Shown: positions 27,307 through 40,129, counted from the first letter of the whole stretch. The stretch: 62,030 nucleotides of DNA, filler included, from Pirum gemmata (GCA_002812295.1; 14 parts of 14 records of this genome joined end to end with filler, not necessarily neighbours in it), one strand, 5' to 3'. The notes: generated from the sequence alone by a model not told the origin. A program made the numbers and translations.

Positions 27307-28396
27307 CTAAAGATAAATACAACAAATGGTTTCAATAATTAATGATATACTAATATAGTATTACTATATATATAATAATAAGTATATAATATCAATAATA
27401 ATAATAATAATATTAATAATAATATATCTTGCAAAGTTGCATTGTCACTCACAGAGTCCCCACAGACTCAGTAATAATATTAATTTGTAATAACATATAT
27501 AATAATTAATATTAACAGAAATATAATGCAGTAATAGTAATAGCAATATAGTAATAGTAATATTAATAGTAATAGTAATTATAGTAATAGTAATAGTAAT
27601 AGTGTAATAACAATACATAATAATATAGTAATATTAATATTAATAGTCATATTAATAATAACAGTAATAGTAATAGTAATAGTAATAGTAATAGTAATTA
27701 ATAGTAATAGTAATAGTAATAGTGATGGTAATATTAATAGTAATGGTAATGACATTGTGGTAACCCAAAGTTACACCGAGACTAAGAGTTAATAAAATTT
27801 AGTTATTATTAATTATCATTATAGCACACAACGTCATTAATTAAGATTAGCTGTTCAAAATAAAACTAAATTAGTATGATAACACCATCCTATCTACTAT
27901 ATATATAAATGCTAATTTAACTTTGTATATAAATACTTTTCTAGATATTAATACTATATGCTAATTTAAATCAGTATGAGAATACTTACCTATCATTATC
28001 TATACACATATAATTAAAACTTATTACCCTGTTCGAAATTCTTGCCACATCTTCTTAATACCATTACTGTTACTACGTATACTATTACAACTACCGCTAT
28101 AAATAAAATAAATAAATAAATAAAATAAAATAAAGTCACAGCCCTCTGCTGCATTACAGGTAATAGTAATAGAAATAGTAATATTGATAGTAGTAGTAGT
28201 AATAATAGTAATAGTAATATTAATAGTAATAGTGATAATTTTCTTGTAAAACTATGTGTGAAATCTACCTTTTGATTCTAACTGTAATAGTAATAGTAAT
28301 AGTAATAGTAATACTTAGTAATAGTAATAGTAATAGTATGTAGTAATAGTAATAGTAATATTAGTAATAGTAATAGTAATAGTTAAGTAATAGTAA

Positions 28397-28454
<58 letters not shown>

Positions 28455-28570
28455 GTATTAGTATTAATACTAGTAAATAGTAATAGTAATAGTAATAAAT
28501 CCTGACTGGTTGTTATTGGGATAACGATATTTGGACTTTTATGTTGTATTTTTATAGACAGTCTTCGTCT

Positions 28571-28643
28571 TGGTCGGGGGGATTCGAACCCCAATACCTC
28601 CGGATCCAGGTTGTTAACCAAATAACCACTGCGCCACTTCGCA
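28571..28643 (-). other. tRNA-derived Pol III element (pseudo-tRNA or SINE head)
   Basis: A box TGGCGCAGTGG (28636-28626) and B box/T-arm GGGGTTCGAATCCCC are intact, but the acceptor, D and anticodon stems do not pair. Confidence 0.65.
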
Positions 28644-28908
28644 GTAACAAAGATCTAGAATATCTCTTTCGATAATATCTCTATTTGTGATGTCCAAGAC
28701 GTACTGATCGCTGAAGCGATTTTCCACTGTGGGTCGACTCTGAACTACTAGTTGAGCTCATGGTCAACCCTCGGACGTGGTGTATTTTTATTTTTTTGTA
28801 ATTTTGTTTTGTTTTCTTTTTTATTGTATTAATATTTTGATTCTTTTTTCGACTTTTTATGTTTGGAGTCTTTCATACTTCTTTACTTTATTTTTATTTT
28901 ATTTTACT

Positions 28909-28939
<31 letters not shown>

Positions 28940-29298
28940 CTTGTAATAACTAAATTTATGATTACAGTGTTTTATTTAATTTAATTTTTATTATTTATTC
29001 TTATTATATGACAAATAAATTCGTCACTGTTTTATTTATTTTGTTATATTTTATTATTATTTAGTATTAGTTATTTTGATTTTTTATAACTATGACTATT
29101 ATTATTATTATTATTANAAGGTATAAGTAGAGGTAATAACGTTGTTATTGTCTTTATTTATGCTTTTAAACTGCTAAATATCAAATAGATATTTTTTTAC
29201 AACAGAGGTTAGGGTGGTAATAATACTTATAACTACTACTAATACTAATATTACGTACTACCAATACTCAAACTACTGTTACTACTACTGCTTATACA

Positions 29299-29369
<71 letters not shown>

Positions 29370-29925
29370 CACCACTACTACTACCACTACTACCACTACT
29401 ACTACTACCACTACTACTATCAATACTATCCTAGATACTACTACTACTAATATCCTAGTACTACGTATACCATAAACCTAGCTAGTGTTTTTCAGTTGTT
29501 TTGTCATTATAAATTATACAATAAACAGTACCAACTTAATATAATATAAATCCATTTAATTGAACTTGGTATATTTTATTATGTATTTATTGATTTAAAA
29601 ATGCCAATTTAAATATTATAACCCTCCAAATAAATACTCATATCAGAGTGACAAAATATATGAAAAGCACAATAGCTGTCATAGCTAGAAGTACTGATAT
29701 ATTTGACCCTAACCCTAACCCTAACCCTGTACAATAAATAGTACCAAATTAATACAATTAAAATCCATTTAATTTAATTTGGTATATTTTTATTATCTAT
29801 TTATTAGTTTAATTAAAAATCTCAATTTAAATATAATATTAATATAATAATAATAATAATTATAATAATAATAATAGTAATAATAGTAATAATATTATTA
29901 ATAATAACAATAATAACAATATAAT

Positions 29926-29962
<37 letters not shown>

Positions 29963-30099
29963 TTATAATATAATAATATAATGATAATGATAATGATAAA
30001 AATAACAATAATAAAGACAATAACAACAACGTTAACAATGATACCAATAAGACTGAGAGCAACACTAATAATACTGACAACAACAATAACGACGATAAC

Positions 30100-31006
30100 A
30101 ATAACAATAACAATAAGAATACACACGACCAAGACAACTACGACGACCACCAAAACGAACCCGCCTACGGGATTAACGACGAACATGAAGACACCAGCGA
30201 CGGTGACAACGACAGCAACCAGGAAGACCACGACACCGCCAACGACAACAACGCCAACGCCAACGCCACCACACACAGCAAACACAACCAACACACACAT
30301 AGCACGAACACTACGAAGTACACCAAAACACTTCAAACAAGCCATCCAAAACCTACACATCGACACCAGCGCAACCCAACACATACAACCAGGCAAACGC
30401 AGATCATCCCGAACACGCACACGCACTATAACTTACGACCCCAGCCACGACCCACAAGCCCACATAGCAAACACCAGCACACACCACACGTACCACGACA
30501 TCAACGCACACTATGCAAACGAAAACAACGCACGACTAACAAACACCGAGGCTATGAACTAGCCAGACAAGATGCACAACATACAATCCACCATAACCCA
30601 ACTCACAGCATGCATCAACACGGGAAAATTCCACGTCAAACCCAAACAACATCTACCACTGAACCAAACAATATACAACACTACTTATCGCCACAAACAC
30701 AAAGATGACGGGCGATATAAGACCCGATTAAACGTACGAGGCGACCAACACAACGACGGCACCAAACACTACTCACCGGTAATAGGCAAGGACGCTATAC
30801 GGACAGCCATGGATCACCACACATACACCGACGACAACACAACGACACAACACGACATGCAATGCGCCTTCCTCAACACAGACCTCCCACAACCCAAATA
30901 CATCCACATCCCACAACACATGCACAGAGTAATGCACCTACTACCACCGCTGGAGCAAGCCTACCTGCGGAGACACTACGACAAGAACAACACCTGCCAG
31001 GCGGTC
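30100..31006 (+). mobile_element. Ty1/copia LTR-retrotransposon pol relic (RVT_2 reverse transcriptase N-terminal half)
   Basis: GRYKTRLNVRGDQH...HYSPV...AIR...QHDMQCAFLNTDL...YIHIP matches the copia RT motifs RYKARLVARG..Q, YSPV and QMDV..AFLN. In-frame TAG at 30560-30562; truncated before the YxDD motif. Confidence 0.88.
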
Positions 31007-31588
31007 ATAGATATAAGCTCTAGATATAACCGTGCTGTTTTAGTATGTATTGTTTTTTGTACATTACCGTTAAAAAAATTCAAAACTTNNNNNNNNNNNN
31101 NNNNNNNNNNNNNNNNNNNNNNNNNNNNNNNNTTAATTAATTAANNNNNNNNNNNNNNNNNNNNNNNNNNNNNNNNNNNNNNNNNNNNTGTTTAATTATT
31201 TATATTTCAATTTAAAATAACCACGTTTATAAACTTAAAAGTACCAAATAAATATTCTAAGTGGCAAAATAAATGAAAAGCAGGATAGACTAGCAAGTAG
31301 TCTAGCTAGCTACTCTAGCTGTTTTTGCAAGGGTGGTTTTTGAACTGTTGCTATCCATAACCCTAACCCTAACCCTAACCCTAACCCTAACCCTAACCCT
31401 AACCCTAACCCTAACCCTAACCCTAATATGCTAATAATTTATGATTATATGTATTTATTAATAATGTTGTATGCTAATTCTAACATTAACAGTAATTATA
31501 ATGTTAATACAAATACTACAGTGTCATTAATATTAATGCCAACACAATGTTAATAATAATACTAATACTAATAATAATACGATAATAG

Positions 31589-32148
31589 GGCTAGCGATTT
31601 CTTTAGCTGGATTATACGCTGGTTTTCATATTAGTAAACTATCACCTTTACACAATGACAAACCGAGGTACACAAAATTACGAAAAACTACTAAGAAGGG
31701 CACCATAGCGAATTGGACTTTTATTATTTCCACGTTTGCTTTTGCCACGGTTGCAGTTTTATTTCTTCCATATATATTAGATGATCACGTTTTATTTTTC
31801 TCTTGTGTATTTGCACCTTTCGGCGCTCTTCTACGGTTCTACCTCGGAAAATTTATGAACAAACCTGACTTTCCATTAGGTACATTTATTGCTAATATAT
31901 TTGGTGTCATAGTTATTTCTGTAATGACGCTACTTCCAATTGTAGCTCCAATACATGATGTGCTAGTAACTAGTTTAATAACTGGGGTGGCTAATGGGTT
32001 TTGCGGCTGTTTGACTACGGTTTCCACTTTCGTGGTAGAACTATCAACTCTAGAACTTAAACAAGCTTATTTTTACGGTTTACTTTCCATTATTACTGCA
32101 CAATGTATATTCGTTTTGGTGCTAGGTGTTTACACGTGGCTTAATTAA
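31589..32148 (+). CDS. FEX1: Fluoride export protein (FEX, CrcB/Fluc domain), terminal exon
   Basis: AG acceptor at 31587-31588, then an open frame ...FAPFGALLRFYLG..NKPDFPLGTFIANIFG...GFCGCLTTVSTFVVEL...TWLN*, carrying the signature motifs of the second Fluc domain of eukaryotic FEX. Confidence 0.92.
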
Positions 32149-32206
32149 AAAAAAAATAAAAAAAATAAAAAAAAAAAAGGGGGGGGGGGGGCATCACAAA
32201 ACTTTT

Positions 32207-32297
32207 TTGCTAATAACTAGTTTAATAACTGGGGTGGCTAATGGGTTTTGTGGTTGTTTGACTACGATTTCCACTTTCGTGGTAGAACTATCAACTA
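32207..32297 (+). pseudogene. Downstream partial duplicate of the FEX GFCGCLTT.STF segment
   Basis: Near-identical to about 31961-32048 with a few substitutions; begins about 60 bp after the FEX stop. Confidence 0.85.
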
Positions 32298-33472
32298 TAT
32301 ATCACAATTTTAAAAAAAGTAATATACAAACTTAAACTTACTTAATAATCAAGTAAATCTCGTTCCCAGGGCATACATGGTTGCTAACGTTAGGTTGCTA
32401 ACGATTAGAATCTAGATATTTCTTTTTAGAAAAAAAGGATGGCCACCCCAGCCCCAATCCTTACCATTGGCCGGACCCTAACCCTAACCCCTAACCCCTA
32501 ACCCCTTGACCCTCTACCCTAAACTCTGCCCCTTACCCCTACCTCACCCTTACCCTCTCCCCCTACCCCACGTACTCCTAATTTGTACCCCATATCCAGC
32601 AGGAGTAACTACAGGAGTTATTTTCGCTGATTGAAACGCGAACACTTTTAGGGTGATATAGTATGTCAACCTACATTGTTAACCCAACCCAACCAAAAAG
32701 TGTTTTTCTAACTTTTAATGTTTGGTTTCATTTTCATTTTGTTTTTAAAAAGCTTAATTCAACGTCAACCTCTATGCGTTATGCCAATATACATATATCT
32801 TAAAATATATAATAAATAATCAAAAACATATAACAATATAGTATTAATACTAGTATAATAAAATATTCTAAACTGATCGTTTTAATCTCTAAATCATCGA
32901 CATCAATAAAATATAAAAATGTAGTAATTACATGTATTAATACATCAAAGAAAAACAAAAAAATACCATTTTGTTGAGGTGTTAAGTATTTATTTGAGTA
33001 GAATTATGCGAACAAGGCAACCATGGAGTTTTAAGTCTTTTAAAATACAAAATTTTTACTTTTTTTTTCAGTTTTATTACTATTTTTTTTTTTTTTTTCT
33101 GAAGAGAAATTTTTATCACATCATATCATATGATAGACTGATAGTAAATAACCTATTTCAAAATATTCTTTTTCTGTGATAATATCATAAAAGCTCTGTA
33201 TAAAAAGCTACTTCTCTAGCTAGTTAGCTAGTAGCTAGCTAGCCTGGTAGAGCTGTTGAAAAACGGAGTCTGAAGTTACCCACCCTAGTCCCTGAACCTG
33301 AACGGATGCAATTTTTTTCTGTCGTTAGGGAAAAAGCAGTGAAAAAGCTAAAAAAAGCTAAAAAAAGCTAAAAAAAGCTAAAAAAAGCTAAAAAAAGCTA
33401 AAAAAATTCACGAACTGTAAAGAGCTGTAGGTGGCCGTGAAAAAATTGAAAAAAAAATTGAAAAAAAATTGG

Positions 33473-33508
<36 letters not shown>

Positions 33509-33860
33509 ACTCGAGAAACATAGAAATAAAAAACAAAAATATATTATTTATATCTGATACACCGTTATGATGTATATTAATATCAATAATATATTGTTCT
33601 ATTATTACAATGTTGTTGTATTGCTATATTGTTAACCTTTGAAATCTTCATTTATTAATATTTATTGTTAATTTTATCTTAATAATTTTAGATTTTTAAC
33701 TTTATTTACTTATTTGATTAATAATTCAACATTATTTATTACTTAGCTTTAGCGTTTGTCACGTATTTGTCATATAATGTAAAATTATTATTATTTGTTT
33801 ATCGTATTTATTATTAGATCATTATTTATCATATTTTTTTTGGTTATTTAATAGTTCAGT

Positions 33861-34139
33861 ATGCTCTTAAAAAGATTTTACTGGTTTTTGCTTTTTTTTT
33901 GTCATAAAAACAAAGCTTTCGCGATAAATGAAGTAGCATTTTTAGGTGTCAAGGGATTGCGGTTTGATATCGATGGTGTTTTGTTAGATTCCATTGTTAA
34001 AGGCTCGACTTATAATAACGATAATAATACCTTTAACATTTCTGCTCAGCGAGTTAATGTGAATGCTGCTGCTGATGAATACGATGATGACGACTACGAT
34101 GATGATGTTGATGAGGAAGCTCCAACGGCATCACTCACA
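33861..34139 (+). CDS. Putative first exon of a secreted protein with an acidic patch
   Basis: MLLKRFYWFLLFFCHKNKAFA possible signal peptide; coding-like composition up to DEYDDDDYDDDVDEEAPTASLT, then GT and microsatellite. Downstream exons not resolved. Confidence 0.5.
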
Positions 34140-34149
34140 GTTACTATTG

Positions 34150-34185
<36 letters not shown>

Positions 34186-34953
34186 GCTTTATTGATTATT
34201 ATAAATGATTATTTTAATTAACTAAATGTATAAATAAAAGCAAATAAAAGGAATGAATTTACTATTGCTTATAACTGTTATTATTATTGTTATTATTATT
34301 ATTATTGCTATTAGGTTATAATTATTATAAAAGTGCAAATATATTATATATATTGACCAAATTTCCTAAACTAAAGGTTTTTTTTTCGTAGGGTTTTTTT
34401 CTAAAGATGTTTTTTCTGTTGAAGGAAAAACAACAACAGATAAAGCCCTATCATTGGCCTAAACCCCTACCATCAGCGCCCGATACTCTTGAGCGTTTAC
34501 ACATAGTGGTGGGTGTCATCCAGCTGGTGTCATCCCTTTCGTATTTTTAATTGATTATCCTTGATATATATTGATATAAATAAAATCAAAAATACAATAA
34601 AATAAAGAGCCAGCTGGTGTTATCCCTTTCGTATTTAATTGATTATCCTTGATATATATTGATATAAATAAAATCAAAAATACAATAAAATAAAGTGATA
34701 GACTGCTTTTCAAATAAAGCAAAATTCATCACATTTGGTTTTTAATTAAACAGTTTTAAACACATAACTGTTGTTATTGCTATTAATATTGTTATTATTA
34801 TTGTTATTGCTATTGTTATTATTGCTGTTTTCAGGTTATATTATAAAATTATTAATTGTTCTTATTATTATTATTGCAAGCAAGCAAAAGCATATTATAT
34901 TAGGTTTGTTGTTGAAAATAACAAATGGTCCATTATAATTATATTAATATATT

Positions 34954-35265
34954 ATGCTTGATAAAATACGAACTGAACAAAAAACTATTCCCCGAAAAAA
35001 CCAATCATTAACTGAGTGGAGTTTTGACATTCTTTATCGACACAAAAGGTAACAGCTACACCGAACGACTATGCCAGATAGTATTCAAGTGAAAAAAACT
35101 CATTATTTGGTCGAAGCTGATGATTATTATGGAGTAGGAACTCTAAATTTCCGCGAAGTGTCTGATCGTATTTCAAAAGAATTACCAATTTACTTCGGTC
35201 ATCCTGGAATAAAAGAAGGAATCGACTATTTGGAAAAAACTTTCACACCGCAAGAAACTTTAGGG
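34954..35265 (+). pseudogene. Coding-like segment of unknown identity with one in-frame TAA, running into a TTAGGG array
   Basis: MLDKIRTEQK...YRHKR*QLHRTTMPDSIQVKK...EKTFTPQETL in a single frame; stop at about 35050-35052. Confidence 0.4.
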
Positions 35266-35479
35266 TTAGGGTTAGGGTTAGGGTTAGGGTNNNNNNNNNN
35301 NNNNNNNNNNNNNNNNNNNNNNNNNNNNNNNNNNTTAATTAATTAANNNNNNNNNNNNNNNNNNNNNNNNNNNNNNNNNNNNNNNNNNNNCCTAACCCTA
35401 ACCCTAACTGTAACCCTAACTGTAACCCTAACTGTAACCCTAACTGTAACCCTGCCAATTTAATTGAATAAAACATCAG

Positions 35480-35711
35480 AGAAGGGAAAAACAGACAAAT
35501 TCGGAAACTATGTTATAGGAGTAAACTACCTTTACAACAGGTAACCTTTTTCATTTTCTTTTTTTATTGTTTTTTTTTAAAGAATTAAGGTGTAGGTTAT
35601 TTTCTTCTTCTTCTTCCTTATTTTTCTTCCTTCTTCCTTCTTCTTCCTCCTTCCTTCTTCTTCCTTCTTCTTCCTCCTCCTTCTTCTTCTTCCTCCTTCT
35701 TCTTGTTGTTT

Positions 35712-35746
<35 letters not shown>

Positions 35747-36166
35747 CTTGTGATTGTGATTATTTTTGTTCTTGTTCTTGCTCTTGTTGCTCTTGTTGTT
35801 CTTGTTGTTCTTGTTGTTCTTGTTGTTCTTGTTGTTCTTGTTGTTCTTGTTGTTCTTGTTGTTCTTGTTGTTCTTGTTGTTCTTGTTGTTCTTATNTGTT
35901 GTTCTTATTGTTCTTGTTGTTCTTGTTGTTCTTGTTGTTCTTGTTGTTCTTGTTGTTCTTGTTGTTCTTGTTGTTCTTGTTGTTCTTGTTGTTCTTGTTG
36001 TTCTTGTTGTGTTATATTAAAGTGATACTATAATTTTATTTTGTTTTAGCTACATCGCGTTTCGGTCGGATCTCTTCATTTAGGAAACTTAGAAATTGGG
36101 AAAGGCAGGTATCTAACGGACGAGGAGGTGAAATCTCTTTACTCTGAAGCATTGCCAACCCAATAA
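35480..36166 (+). CDS. RsuA/RluB/RluE/RluF-family pseudouridine synthase, last two exons
   Basis: Exons 35480-35540 and 36050-36166 give EGKNRQIRKLCYRSKLPLQQLHRVSVGSLHLGNLEIGKGRYLTDEEVKSLYSEALPTQ*, matching the family C-terminal pattern EG.NRQIR.M......V..L.R..IG.L.L..L..G..R.LT..E. Confidence 0.85.
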
Positions 36167-36242
36167 TCAATCAACAAATTCTGTTTTACTTAAGAAATCA
36201 TGCTACTCTGAAAAAAATTAACAACAAAAAAGTTGTGGTTTG

Positions 36243-36273
<31 letters not shown>

Positions 36274-36276
36274 TTG

Positions 36277-36311
<35 letters not shown>

Positions 36312-36317
36312 TATATT

Positions 36318-36485
36318 TGGGAAACTTGGAAATTGGGAAAGGCAGATACCTAACGGACGATAACGGACGAGGAGGTGAAAACTCTTTACTCTGAAGTATT
36401 GTCACCCCAAGAATCAATTAACAAATCCTGTTGTACTTAAGAAACATACTACTCTGAAAAAACAACAAAAAAGTTGTGGTTTGTT
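36318..36485 (+). pseudogene. Downstream partial duplicate of the pseudouridine synthase 3' end and 3' UTR
   Basis: Diverged copy of about 36081-36245, with an internal TAACGGACGA duplication. Confidence 0.85.
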
Positions 36486-36529
36486 CTTCTCTTACTTTAA
36501 AAAATACATGTCTTAATTTTTTCAGTAGA

Positions 36530-36884
36530 TAAGTCCTCGACAATAGTTTGGTTTAGTAGAATTGGTGTAATGTTATTTAGCAATGAATATAGAACATGGC
36601 GATAATAAAATGAAAGTGGAAATAAGTAAAATGATTAATTATATACTGACGAATGTTTTTCACCAACACGAAACCTAGTATTATCATACTAAATTTAATA
36701 TCATACTAAATTTAATGTAAAATTGGAATAACTAGCATTTTTACAATCTTCTCAAACCAAACCAAGCGAAAAAAAAAATGAAAAGGAAGCAATGTAAGGG
36801 AACATTTTTATTAAAAGTGATGGCCCACACACTTACTTCAAATCGAAATACATGTTTTCTCTTACAATTATTACTTGAAGTAGT

Positions 36885-36916
<32 letters not shown>

Positions 36917-37627
36917 TAATTAGGGTAAGGGCAAGGGTATTAATACTAATACTAATTCCAACACTAATAATAATACTAATACTAATACTAATACTAATAC
37001 TAATACTAATACTAATACTAATACTAATACTAATACTAGTACTAATACTAATACCAATACTAATACAAATTCAAAAGTTGAGAAATCATGCACCTAATTT
37101 AAAAAATACAACCACAAAATCATAGTTTTGTTTTTTTTACTTCACTTTTTTTTAAAAAATTAATATATAGTCTTAAATTCTTTAATAGAATATAAAGTCC
37201 TCATAACCACAACTACAATAGGTTGGTTTGTTGGAATTGGTTTAATATTATTCAGTGATGGTATCTAAAAATTAGTATTATTATCATGCTAAATCTAATA
37301 TAACATTTGAATAACCACAGGTTACTTACAACGATTTTTTTAAAAAAGCCCCCGAGTTATGAGACTGCGCAAAAAAAAAATTGAATGAGTGCAGCTCGAT
37401 TTTTTTCGAACGAGTGACCGAAGCGGCGAAGTCCTCGTAACCACAACTACAATAGGTTGGTTTGGTGGAATTGGTTTGATATAATTCAGTGATGAATATC
37501 TAAATATTACCCGTGGTATTATTGGCATGCTAAATCTAATATAAAATTTGAATAACTATAGGTTACTTCATCGATTTTTTTAAAAAGAACCATGTTATGA
37601 GACTTCGCAAAAAAAATTGAATGAGTG
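36530..37627. repeat. Three diverged direct repeats of about 200-240 bp
   Basis: AAGTCCTC...ACAATAG(G)TTGGTTT...GAATTGGT recurs at about 36530, 37195 and 37430. Confidence 0.7.
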
Positions 37628-38887
37628 AGAAATAAATTCGAGCAAACGAATGATAAAAAATTTTTGGTCGGTTCTTAAAAAATGAGATAAGAAACACTAT
37701 TTCTGGACTTTTTCTAATTTCGCAATTCTTCTCTCGATAGGACTGTATTCTATATTTTCAGTGTTACACCTTAATCTTTTATAAACAAATCTACCGTTGT
37801 AATTAATCCTACTGTAGGATCTTTCTTAGTACTCTTTAACGGAAGGTTAGGGTTAGGGTTAGGGTTAGGGTTAGGGTTAGGGTTAGGGTTAGGGTTAGGG
37901 TTAGGGTTAGGGTTAAGTAATTTCTGGTCCGGGTAGTAGTTATCTAAGCAAAATACTGTATAAGGAGCTTTCCAGATGTCTCTCGATTTTTTTTAGTGTT
38001 GGCTATATCTATTTGTGATTGTAAATTAGAATCAACCAGTCTTTTGTTTTAACTGTTATATTATAAATATTTCATTTACGATATAAATTATAAAAAATGA
38101 AAATGATGGGCACCGTACATAAAACATAGATAATAAATAAATTTTATATTATAAAAAAAATAAAAATGATGGGCACCATACATAGAATATAGATAATAAA
38201 TAAATTTTAAATTATAAAAAAAATAAAAATGATGGGCACCATATACATCAAGTATAGATAATAAATAAATTTTAATATAGGTAGGTACAAGCAAAAAATG
38301 GAAAACGACATCAAAAAACAAACTTTTTTTTGTTTGATTTTTTCTTTTATTAGTTGGTTTTATTTCGGTTGGTTTTTTTTTCTTTTTTCTCCTTTTTTTT
38401 AAAAAACGTAAAAAAATAAATAAAATGTAATACACATGACAGCATCAAATTTTAATTTGTTTGATTTTGTTTGTTGTTTGTTGTTTGTTGTTTGTTGTTT
38501 GTTGTTTGTTGTTTGTTTGTTGTTGTTTGTTGTTTAGTGATTTGATATTCGAAAACATAATTTATAAATAATAAATAAGGTGGTTAATGTTCGAAAATAT
38601 TGATCACAGAATACAAAAAATTGGGTCCTTGTTTTTTTTAAATTCCTTAAATTTTAGTTATCAAAACTATCTAGATTGAGAAAACAACAATCCAGATGTG
38701 ATATAAAAAGGAATAAATTAGAGATTATTATTATTATTATTAGTTTTATTTTTATTTTTTATTTAGTTTTGGTTTAGTTTTAGTTTTTAATTAACTAATT
38801 TTGATAAATCTTGTTACTTTTTAATTTTAAAATCTTCAAATAATTATTATCTCTCCCCCATATATTAATTTTCAAACCGAGAAATAC

Positions 38888-39271
38888 TCAGTACATGTTT
38901 TCCTTTATAACTACGATCAATGCTTTGATATCGCTAATAATCTGCAACGCTGTAGCTTTAAGTGATTGTTGGTTGCTCACACTTGGGTCAGTTTTGATTA
39001 ATGTTCCAAGCTGAACAAGTTTCTTTGTAGTAATAATTAGTTCGACTTTCATTTTGTCGACTAAATCCTTATCTTTAAATTCCCTATCTTCGGATTTCAA
39101 AGTGTTCAACAATTTTCTTATTTCCAAAGCAGCTGCTTTCACAAATTTTGAAATATTTTGAGGTGGTGCATCATCTCTTAATACACGTATTACCGTTGCT
39201 AATTCTCGGGCAGCACTGACTGTGATTTCTTCGTAAACTTCAAAACGGCTGCTGATAGAAGTATCATATTC
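38888..39271 (-). CDS. Terminal exon encoding a focal-adhesion-targeting (FAT)-like four-helix bundle
   Basis: AG acceptor at 39273-39272; 127 aa EYDTS...EVYEEITVSAARELATVIRVLRDDAPPQNISKFVKAAALEIRKLLNTL...LQIISDIKALIVVIKENMY*. It aligns by eye with the FAK/PYK2 FAT domain (VYE, APP, VK...L..R.LL.T, D.K.L..VI) and is at the C-terminus, as in FAK. Confidence 0.72.
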   Translation of the reverse strand, partial: EYDTSISSRFEVYEEITVSAARELATVIRVLRDDAPPQNISKFVKAAALEIRKLLNTLKSEDREFKDKDLVDKMKVELIITTKKLVQLGTLIKTDPSVSNQQSLKATALQIISDIKALIVVIKENMY

Positions 39272-39706
39272 CTAATGGAAATGTTAAATATTTGATTAAT
39301 TATAATGAATTAATAATAATAATAATAAATAATGACAATGACAATGACAATAATAATAACAATAATAATAATAATAATAATAATAAATATAATAATAATA
39401 ATAATAATAATAATCATAATCATAATAATCATAATCACAATCATACAATCATAATCATAACCATAATCATAATAATAATAACAATAANNNNNNNNNNNNN
39501 NNNNNNNNNNNNNNNNNNNNNNNNNNNNNNNTTAATTAATTAANNNNNNNNNNNNNNNNNNNNNNNNNNNNNNNNNNNNNNNNNNNNCGACGCCAACAAA
39601 ATACATTAAAACAAACAACAAAATACAACAAGTTAATAACATATTTTTCAATACAACATAAAATACAATTTGGGAAAAAATTGATATTTTATTTTTTATA
39701 TTTACT

Positions 39707-39969
39707 ATGAGGTCTAAAATAGGAGGCAAAAGCGGATGTCGTCATTATAAATTATTCAAGAGGTACATGTGTGACAGTGTGAGGAAAGTTAAAAAATATT
39801 TTTTATAATTCTTATCATATTTGAAATAATATGATACGTCACGACCACTCTAATTACTTCCATATATAGAAATTTTAATAAAAGGAATTTCAACTTTCCT
39901 CGCGCTTCCTCACACACCGCGGAAAATATTATGACGTCATCCGCGTTTCCCTCATACTTAGACCTCATG
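39707..39969. mobile_element. MITE with long imperfect TIRs and 8-bp TSD TATTTACT (P-element-like CATG end)
   Basis: ATGAGGTCTAA...GCGGATGTCGTCAT pairs with ATGACGTCATCCGC...TTAGACCTCATG; TATTTACT at 39699-39706 and 39970-39977. Confidence 0.75.
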
Positions 39970-40129
39970 TATTTACTTGTTTATTTTAAGAAAAAACTAA
40001 TTTCAAAATTCAAAAATTATCGTAACAAATAAAAATCGAAGGGACAAAAAAATTAAAAATAAAAATAAAATAAAAAATCAGTAGTTGATAGTCAAACCCC
40101 TTGTTTTAGCTTATTATTATTAGTAGTAC

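Noticed and set aside
28571..28643. Functional tRNA gene
   Set aside because: Acceptor, D and anticodon stems do not pair; only the A and B boxes and the T-arm remain.
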